From Tetramitus jugosus (taxonomy: Eukaryota; Protista; Heterolobosea): 64,000 nt of DNA. Shown here in pieces: positions 55,462 through 64,000 of the stretch. The notes beneath the pieces were generated by a model. That model saw only the letters and a program-made list of their open reading frames with translations. It did not search any database and had not been told where the DNA came from. The position numbers were made by a program, and so were the translations under genes. The stretch spans positions 62,001-126,000 of the forward strand of contig OW569350.1 of assembly GCA_937625935.1 (NCBI GenBank), given 5' to 3'. Numbering within the stretch: position 1 is the first letter of the stretch; each line of letters begins with the position of its first letter.

Positions 55462-55939
55462 GCAGTGCCATCATATTCGCTATTGATGTTATTCGACACA
55501 TTGGAAGCGTGCATTACGAACGAATCCTGTTGCATCATCCATTACAAGCTTCTAACCAGAGTTCGCTGCCCCAGTTCTGCAGTTTTCTGTAAGCTGTCAC
55601 ATTCTACGGAGGAAAAATTGCGCGCGAAATTGACCTCACTAGGGCAAGACGCGCCGCTTGCACGAACGTGTAGTTCTCAACAACTCAAATAAATAGTCGT
55701 TGCTCGTTTGAATTGTCCGATTTTTCTCCTGGACTTCGACCAATTTAGATGAGTCAAGCATGGTGTGTTGTGAATAGGAATATATCACACAACACACCGA
55801 CTCCTCCAGAGGCTTGCATCCCACACACATCCAAAGGGCTCACAAAAGCAACCTCAACTTTGTGTTTAACATACGAGAGGCACAAACAACAACCAACAAC
55901 AAAAAACAAACAACCATTGTTTTCACACAAGACATCCGG

Positions 55940-56883
55940 ATGTCGAATTTTATCGCAACAACAACAACAGCAACGACGATAATCGGCAGATCGGTACCGA
56001 TACTGTGGATGGATCAAGTTGAAAATGCCAATCTCATCACATCCTTCTTCTTTTTCGTTTGTCTCTTTGCTGCCGTTCTACTCGTTCTCGTTCTCGTCAA
56101 ACAAACCATTGTCAATTGCTATATACCACAGTACTTGTCCTATTTATCAACATCTGTCGTCAACAATCACAACAACAATCACAACAATCATAGCAGCAAA
56201 TATTTGTTGACGAATTTACCAGTGCTATCATCACTCGCTGCAGCAGCAGCATCTACTCTTACTCCTCATACGACAAGTACTACCACCAATACTACTCCTA
56301 CTACTACTATTGCTACTCCTACTACTCCATTGCTTCTCTCCACCAATGCAATAACAACTTTTGCTACTACAAGTGTCAAGAATGATGCTGATGCGGATGA
56401 GGATGCTGATGATACTGATGATACAAATAACACTCTATCAACACCACCTACATCCTCTCTCTCATCACCACCAACAACACCAACAACACCAACAACAATA
56501 GCATCAACAACAGCATCACATCATCATCAACAACAACAACAATCAACATCACTGTTCAACTACTCGGCTGCAACAGCCGTTCTCAGTCAATTCACATCCA
56601 GTACCATGAGTTCCATTTGTCTCATCCATGCCATTACGAGCATGGTTGAATATTTGTGCATTTTTTTGACCAATGAATTGGATTTACAGTTGGTAGTCGG
56701 AGGATTCAAGATTTATTATGGAGTGATTCATTTCATTTATTATGCGTGTGAGATGAGTGTAGCATATTGGATTGTGTTTCATGTGTTTAGAAATCGATTC
56801 ATGTTGAATGGAATGATTCAACAGTATTTTTCATTGTCAACATCTTCTTCATCATCTCAACAGCATGCTGCTGCAAATAGTCA

Positions 56884-56918
<35 letters not shown>

Positions 56919-58243
56919 ATAATAGTAATATAAGTAGTAATAGTGTGAGTAGTAGTGTAAGTAGCAGTAGTAGTAGTAGTAGTAGAAGCAATGCTGCGAC
57001 TGTTATCAACAAGAGACACAATAGTAGTAGTTTGCATGATGCAGAGTATGATGTCATGATGTCATCATCACCTTTATTATCATCATCACCAACACCACCA
57101 CCAACACCACTACTATTATCATCACCAACAACAACAAGCAATGATGAAAAGAATCATCATCATCAGCGCACACAATCCTCATCATCCCCATGGAAGAATA
57201 ATCAACAACAACAACAGCAGCAACAGGAAAACACATTTCAACAACAGTATTTGCAACCATTGGAGTTGAAACGATTGAATCGTATTCGCTATCTCTTTTG
57301 TTCATGTGTGATTATTGGTTCAGTGTTGAGTCGATCATTCATCTATATCATGTGGAGTGAGGATGATGTGTCTCTTTTGATGCACGAGGGAGCATCGTAC
57401 AAGCTGGGGAGTGTGCGATCTTGGGTGTTTTTATTGTTTTCTGGATTGCCATCAGCGTTTTCACTCTATTATTCGGCTCAAATTCTGTATCGACTGATGC
57501 AGAGCATATCAGACATTTTGTCCAGCAGAAGTAGTAGTGGTAGTAGCAGCAGCAGCGGCAGTAATAGTGGTAGTAGTATGATAAACAATGGAAGTATTAA
57601 TGTCAGTAGCAGTGGTAGTATCAGTATTAACATTGGTGGTGGTCATAGCAGTGAGTCGAAGCGACGCAATGTTTCTACTTATGCAGTTGTGAGATTTTGC
57701 AATCGATTGCGTCACTTGTGGAAAGTTGTCTGTGCTTCCTTTTATTTTGTTCTCATGCAAGAGTTTTGCTTGGTTTCTGTAAGACAGGAGACAGCTGCTT
57801 CTCCGTCGAGTGCAGGTGGTCACAGCCGAAAGAATATAATTGTGGACGTGACGGATGATACGGCGCGTGGTTCAATTATTACACCATCTTTTAATTCGAC
57901 AGAGAGAACCTTGGCCACTTCGGCAGCTAGTATTCTCAAGTCAACATTTATTTATTTTATTTTGTCAATCATTCTGCAGTGCAAGAATGTAGTCGAGTTT
58001 GTGGCTGTTTGGACAATTAACTTCCGTTCTCAATCAAATGCCATTGGAACAGTTATGAATTATGGTCCAATACTATCCAGAGGAATTCTCTGCTGCTTGT
58101 TCATTTCATTCTCAATGCTCTACTTTTTGCCCTTTAATCGAACCAGAGGTAGAAAGGTCAAATCAGCAACAGCAACATCTTATCTAATCTTGTCCCATTT
58201 CAGTCAATCTAATAAACCAAGGCAGAAGTACTTGCCTTTTTAG
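55940..58243 (+). CDS. Multi-pass (about 7-8 TM) membrane protein with very large low-complexity loops
   Basis: Hydrophobic segments are separated by T-, S- and Q-rich tracts. Exact start uncertain. Confidence 0.6.
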
Positions 58244-58274
58244 ATGATAAATCATAGTAGGGAGGTCTTGTTTG

Positions 58275-60709
58275 CTACGAGAAATATTTATTGAGGAGAT
58301 CTCGAAGTGGCTGCAGGGTATCACTTGCAAATTCATGTCTCGATTTCAACAGCAAAGGAGTGGAAGGCGAACCGTAGGAGCTGGAGGAGTGGGTAGAAAA
58401 AGATTCTTGCTCAGAGCAAGGACTATAACGAGGCACTTTGGGTACGATGAGGACGGTATCTCCTCCTTCAACTTCCCTCGAGAGCCGTTCTAGCGAGTGC
58501 AAGGAATTAGTAGATAAACAGCTGCTCGATCTTGAAGAAGTTGTTTGAGTCGAGGAGCACCTTCTCGAAGATACTGATTCCGTTGTTGGGAAATAAGTGG
58601 TAGAGAATGGTTTGTCAAGAGATGTACCATCAATTGTGCTCAGGTCATAGTTGTCGGTCTGTGAAGCATTATCAATGGAGTCCTTATGATGGATCGAATG
58701 TTGTTGGGAATTCTTTAGAGAGTCCAGCGATACCTCGACCTTCTTCAACCGGTGCTCTGCATTATAGATATTAACAGCTATGGCACATTGTGAGTCATGG
58801 TAAATTGATGAATCAGGAATCTTGCTAACAATGTTGCATGACTCTGTTTGAACTTCGATTTCCTTCGCATGTTGAGGCAGTGGTTTTGATGAGTTATCCC
58901 TTGTTGTGAAGTTTGCAAAACGATTAGGCGTTGAGAATCTTGTTGAAGTCTGATCAGGCTCAATCGTTTCGGATATGGTATGACTTATCTTCTCTCCAGC
59001 TGTTTTCCGTTTGGCAGGGAAACGAGATCGATGTTGAATCCATTCCTGTACATCGCTTTCTGCATCAGGGGAGTAGCTTAAGTGGAAACCGGAGGAAATA
59101 TGCGAAGGAACAGAATTGCTTCTCTGTGATGCAGTGGACTGAGGAGTTGGTGGCAATAGGGGTGAAGGAAGAGGCGATGGAAGCTTATGATTCGTGGGTT
59201 GGTTGAACGTTTCGATGGGTGTAGGAGCATAGCTGCATTCATGAACTTCAGAGAGATGCTTTTCCTCTATCTTTTCCGGTTGTTCAATTGTCTTGTTGGG
59301 ACTGTGTTTCTCAGAGATTCCACAATCTTGATTGTTGACTGCTGAAGCAGTTGGAGCCTCTGAAGATACTTCGGACGTTCGATCGTTATAATCCAGCAGG
59401 GATAGAGAATTTGACAATACACTCAGCCCTTGCCCTCCTCCAGGAGAGTACCACGATTGTAGACTATCAGGAGATTGTAGTGGAGTAATTTTCTTCGTTG
59501 GGGATGGAGTTTCCTTCTTGAACGAGTTCATGGGAACCAGCTTTTTAGGAGAGTACTTCTTCTGGAATACTGGTGCCATAACTTCTGAATTCGATATGAG
59601 AGGGTTGTTCATTCCATTCTTCACTTCGTTGAACAACTTAAGAACTAGTTGTTGTCTCCTCATCTTCGATTGTTGAGATTTTTCTATCAAAATCAGAGCT
59701 TCCTGCGATACTTCCTCATCATATGTTGTTTCCTCCTGGCTAGAGTTTGATTGATTCGCATTCTTTCTCAAATTCTTCTTTGAAGAGCGAGTGCTGAGAG
59801 ATCTATAATTCAATTTTTTACCCTTACTTCGGAGCGAGTTCGCTGAAGATAAACTTGTTCTGCTGGTCGATGTTGAGTTCTGTGTTGAATTGCTGCTCCG
59901 ACTGCTGGAACGACCTGATTTGCTCGAATTGATTGTACGTACACTTGTTTGCTGAGAGTTATTCGTTGACTTATGACGTGGAATAGAGGATCTACTGCTA
60001 CTATGATCGGTTGAAACATCCCCTTGATCAGATAAAGACTGCGCCAGTCGAGTAAGCTCCACATGAATGGAGTCGTTCAGAGTTGAGTTGGAATTGGTGA
60101 CCATAGTTACTTCAGTCACATCATCCTTTGTTTCAATGTTGCTCTGATCTATGTAAGCTCTCTCTTCGTCATAAAGTGTTCTACTCGGGTGTTTGGACAC
60201 GGAGCTAAGAGAAGATATGTATTGTGAGTTGGTGAAACATAAGCATTAGATAAAATCATAAATCATCCATACTTTTCAGAATATTTCCGTATGTAGGCAT
60301 CCAGTAACTCAGATACTGACTCTGTTGAGATAGTGGAGGTTTGGGTAAACGATCTACAATTCGCAAACAAAAGGATTGTTAGCTCTTCGAACACCTCCTA
60401 TGCATTAACACACACTGGTTGCTAGCTGTGAACATACCTGTTCGATGACGCATTGGTTGAAAAGGAGGAGTTTGAAGAGATAGAGGAGTCAACACAACTA
60501 GAATTAGAGCTACGACGCGAGATTTCTAAAGCTCTATAGTGCATTGTGTCCACAGCTCGACGCATATGTTCCAAGTGGAAAGACAAGGAACTGTCTTTGA
60601 TACCACTCTTGCTCTGGTGTCCACACGTGCTATTGCCATCATCTGAAGTAGAACTTGGAAGAATAGATGAGTTGATTGAGGAAACAGAGGAGCAAGAGCT
60701 GTTCATCAT
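58275..60709 (-). CDS. Ser-rich, largely disordered hypothetical protein, 3 exons
   Basis: ORF 60422-60709 joins ORF 58275-60200 via GT-AG introns 60354-60437 and 60205-60272. The middle exon reads SFTQTST...LLDAYIRKYSE. Confidence 0.65.
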
Positions 60710-60844
60710 ATATTTTAGTCACTAGTTTGTTCATGAAACGTTTTCTGGGTGGCGCCAAAACAGGCGCGCTTCTGCTTACGAAGTCCCGACTGAAGGACGA
60801 AAAATCGAAATGTGTGTTCGTTTCAAGGAAACGTATCAGAGTCC

Positions 60845-63571
60845 TTAATAACTTGGTTGTAAGGATCTTATCGTCAAGTACTTGACGAACAATTGTTCAT
60901 CAATGGGCGACTTATTTAACGTGAAAAATGAAACAACTTTCGGTCCATCCATTGGGATGATTGCGAAACCATTGTCACTGAATCTTCCCCGTATTTCATT
61001 CGTGTCTAAATCGAGCCACGTAAAGAGAGCTACATTATCCGAAATTAGTGTGATATCTAGACTGTGTGGCGTGGTTCTGGTGAGTCTCAATACTTGAATG
61101 TGAGCCGGACGTAGCTCCACTTCCAATAAACTCTCACTTGGATAAAAGATGTTCTCTGATACAACCATGGATTGATTATGATAATCACACAAGGATAAGT
61201 GAAGAAAACATTGGCTTCTTTTCGTACAGGAACCGTCCGATAAATACTCGTCCAATTTTTGCGATAAAACCCTGGTTGATGTCAATGGAGCAACTGTAGC
61301 CACTTGGCTTGCACTCGATAGCAACTTGCCTGAATGATATTCGATAAAACGAATCCTATAGATCGCTGTGCGAGGTTCAAGCTTATCACTAGTTATGAAT
61401 GCGGAATACTGGCCATCTTGCTCATAGGAACTGATCAACATGCTGCTAAAAAAGTTTCGAGCAAAGTACTGAAGCAATTTCCACTTTCCGCCGTACTCCA
61501 TGCTACTCCAATCAACGGTTTGCCAAATACTATTCAACTGCCAATAGAGGGCACCCATAGTTTGCGCATCTTGCTGATTTCTATTTGTTCTGTAGTACTC
61601 CGTCTGTGCTTTTATGCATATAGCCTGAATAATCTGACTCAGGTAAATAAAATCTGAGAGCTTAGGACTGTCGGACACTGTGAAGTAATTTTGAATCTGA
61701 TTCAGTATCTGTTGTTGTCCATTTCTGTGATGTTGTCGATGCATCATCAAATTTGAAAAGGGGCTGAGTAATTCTGATTCATTTCTTGCTATCGTTCTCA
61801 AGGAAACCATTGAAGGAAATGATTGCCAACCATATTCACTTATAAATCTACCTCGAGGAAAATTTGAAACTTGTGTACACAGTGCATTATAATTATAGTA
61901 GTGAACATCTCCCATATTCGTTGAGTATGGATTCGTCCAGTATCCGACTAAGGGATCCTCAGACACAATGCCATTTGAAGGAGAACTGATCCAAAATTCT
62001 CTTGTTTTATCGACACTCTTCACTGCGTAATAAACTGTGTCAAAATAGAGAGCAGCATAATCAACTTCATATCTTGCCTTATTCTGGCTGTTCATGTCTG
62101 GACCATACCATGTCTCACCCCACAAGCTGGCCTCGTTTTCATTATTTCCAGACCAAAGAGCGATCGACGGGTGATGATGCAACCGTTCTATTTGTTCAAT
62201 GACTTCTATCCTAATATTTTCGAGAAACTGGGAATCTCTTGGATAGTTGGCACAAGCAAACATCATCTCCTGCCAAACTAAAATGCCCAATTGGTCGCAC
62301 CGTTCATAAAAGTAATCCGATTGATAGAGCCCACCACCCCAAACCCTAATCATATTCATGTTTGAATCTCTAACGCTATCCAATAAGTCATCAACATCTC
62401 TGTTTGTGACCCTGTCTAAGAATGAGTCCATGGGAATGAAGTTTGCACCTTTGGCGAATATCGGTATTCCATTCACATTGAAGTAAAAGCTTCTACTATC
62501 TGTTTGTTCTTCACTGTCGATTAGATCCGTAACTAGCTTAATATCTCTGAATCCGACAGTAATCAATCGATAGTCGATTGGTTGTCTATCTGGCGATGAC
62601 AACTGAACCGTAATGTTATAGAGAACCGGATTTCCATACCCGTTTGGCCACCAGAGTTCCACATCTGAAACCACCTTAACTGTATCAAGTTTATTGACAC
62701 CAGGGTTTAGCTTCATGAGAACGGTAGAATTCTCTTTTGGGAGCAGAATGTCAATTCGTACATCTCTCGGCTCATTTCCTGCTAGGAACATATAGGTTGC
62801 GATTGAAGTTTTAAATTGCTTGTATGAATGCATTGCTTCAGTTTGAACAACAACCTTGTCTATTCGTGCTGACTTCTTGGGAAGCAATCGTATGTATATA
62901 TCTTTGTGAATTGCTTGAGTTGGGAACGATGGACCCCAGTCCCAAGCAAATGAACTCTGCATCTTTCGGATATAATTCCGATATGGCTCTCCAGAGAATG
63001 CTTCAATATCATCACTACTCGGCACAAAATATGGATACTTATTCCTTCTGTCTCTGGAGTATGAAAGCGCAGATGTGAACGATATGGATAGACGTGATCC
63101 AACCTGAACATTTTTCAACACTGGCAATGTCCATCGTCTGAACATGTTGTCACTCTTTCCCAGAATGACATTATCCAGTTTAATTTGTGAAACAGTGTCC
63201 AATCCATCACAAACAATTTCACAAACAAACTCTTGCTCGCAGTTGAAAAATCGATCAAATGAGTACTCATATGTCCAATTGTCATGAACGATCCACTTTT
63301 GCAAAAGGTCATTATAACCAAAGTAGGGTTCAGATATCAAACCGTGCTTCAACAGATGCATATGCACAGATCCAGGTATGCGGATGTCTCCTTTCAACAC
63401 AATAGACTCGTTGGCATTTCTCAACATCCACAGGTCTGGATCGTTGAGCATGAATGTAGATGTGCCAGATTTGTTTGTTGCCCATTTGGATGTTGTTCCT
63501 TGGCCAAATGGAACAATGAAACAACAGATCACAAAGCAAAAAAGACACAAGTTCTGAACGGCAGATTTCAT
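60845..63571 (-). CDS. MANBA: Secreted/lysosomal beta-mannosidase (GH2)
   Basis: Signal peptide, GLDTV, IRKMQSSFAWDWGP, WWPNGYG, KGANFIP, NMIRVWGGG.Y, WSGNNENE (acid/base), RFISEYG (nucleophile), GALYWQLN. Confidence 0.95.
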   Translation of the reverse strand: MKSAVQNLCLFCFVICCFIVPFGQGTTSKWATNKSGTSTFMLNDPDLWMLRNANESIVLKGDIRIPGSVHMHLLKHGLISEPYFGYNDLLQKWIVHDNWTYEYSFDRFFNCEQEFVCEIVCDGLDTVSQIKLDNVILGKSDNMFRRWTLPVLKNVQVGSRLSISFTSALSYSRDRRNKYPYFVPSSDDIEAFSGEPYRNYIRKMQSSFAWDWGPSFPTQAIHKDIYIRLLPKKSARIDKVVVQTEAMHSYKQFKTSIATYMFLAGNEPRDVRIDILLPKENSTVLMKLNPGVNKLDTVKVVSDVELWWPNGYGNPVLYNITVQLSSPDRQPIDYRLITVGFRDIKLVTDLIDSEEQTDSRSFYFNVNGIPIFAKGANFIPMDSFLDRVTNRDVDDLLDSVRDSNMNMIRVWGGGLYQSDYFYERCDQLGILVWQEMMFACANYPRDSQFLENIRIEVIEQIERLHHHPSIALWSGNNENEASLWGETWYGPDMNSQNKARYEVDYAALYFDTVYYAVKSVDKTREFWISSPSNGIVSEDPLVGYWTNPYSTNMGDVHYYNYNALCTQVSNFPRGRFISEYGWQSFPSMVSLRTIARNESELLSPFSNLMMHRQHHRNGQQQILNQIQNYFTVSDSPKLSDFIYLSQIIQAICIKAQTEYYRTNRNQQDAQTMGALYWQLNSIWQTVDWSSMEYGGKWKLLQYFARNFFSSMLISSYEQDGQYSAFITSDKLEPRTAIYRIRFIEYHSGKLLSSASQVATVAPLTSTRVLSQKLDEYLSDGSCTKRSQCFLHLSLCDYHNQSMVVSENIFYPSESLLEVELRPAHIQVLRLTRTTPHSLDITLISDNVALFTWLDLDTNEIRGRFSDNGFAIIPMDGPKVVSFFTLNKSPIDEQLFVKYLTIRSLQPSY

Positions 63572-63683
63572 TTCTTTTGGTTTTTTCTAATTCACCGATT
63601 CAAGCAGACCAGAACTCAAGAAACTTGACAAACTAGAATGATACAGTATTTACATTTATTAATTTGTGAGAATCGAGAGTATT

Positions 63684-64000
63684 CTAGATTGGACAACACC
63701 AAACAAAAACCGTGACGGGGGCAGGTGTAGAAGTGGTAGGATTGATACATTCACCTCTTCTTCCTACTGGGAAGGCACCTCCAAACGGAGCGTCTTGTCT
63801 CAAGACTCCTGGAGGTGTGCACTGACTTCCTCCTTCCAGCGCGAATTCATTTGCTAGGCAATTGACAACCACTACACCAGCACCATTGGATTGCCTCAAC
63901 GTACACCGAGTGACATCTACTCCCTTTGGACCTGGTGGACCTTGTGGACCGATTGGACCGGCAGGTCCGGGAATTCCATTTGGACCTTGTGGACCGGGTG
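63684..64000 (-). CDS. C-terminal part of a collagen-like (Gly-X-Y) protein with Cys-rich globular domain
   Basis: The frame is open from the window edge: PGPQGPNGIPGPAGPIGPQGPPGPKGVD-VTRC...NCLANEFALEGGSQC...GEC...VFVWCCPI*. Confidence 0.85.
   Translation of the reverse strand, partial: PGPQGPNGIPGPAGPIGPQGPPGPKGVDVTRCTLRQSNGAGVVVVNCLANEFALEGGSQCTPPGVLRQDAPFGGAFPVGRRGECINPTTSTPAPVTVFVWCCPI

Noticed and set aside
56880-56985. (AGT)n and similar trinucleotide tracts (also ~16270, ~16400)
   Set aside because: They are in-frame microsatellites encoding poly-Ser/Thr, common throughout the window.

Overview
Gene-dense eukaryotic (protist) DNA with short GT-AG introns (mostly GTATGT donors, ~65-150 bp), intergenic spacers mostly under ~400 bp and many poly-Q/N/S/T tracts. 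The gene repertoire (Zn2Cys6 factor, Cache-cyclase-RGS fusion, RCC1 and F-box/TPR proteins) is reminiscent of heteroloboseans such as Naegleria; this is inference only. About 27 host protein genes are readable, including RELCH-like, EI24-like, TIM22, SEC31, a 3xRRM protein, BAF60, PH-VPS9, BLOC1S1, CobW/ZNG1, VPS39, adenosine deaminase, an FNR-like reductase and beta-mannosidase. There are two tRNA genes: Leu-CAA on the minus strand and an intronless Tyr-GTA on the plus strand. The standout is 43444-48517, a ~5 kb head-to-tail stack of six poly(A)-retroposon-like units (five with their own tail, plus one short remnant). The intact units carry a single RRM-RRM-coiled-coil ORF, and no reverse transcriptase is visible. 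Units are separated by copies of GATCAATTGATC, the core of a perfect 22-bp palindrome 26-47 bp upstream of the tRNA-Tyr gene. The two units nearest the tRNA are intact and the more distant ones are broken, which suggests repeated insertion into one site and an age-ordered record. All family assignments come from reading motifs by eye; no searches were run.
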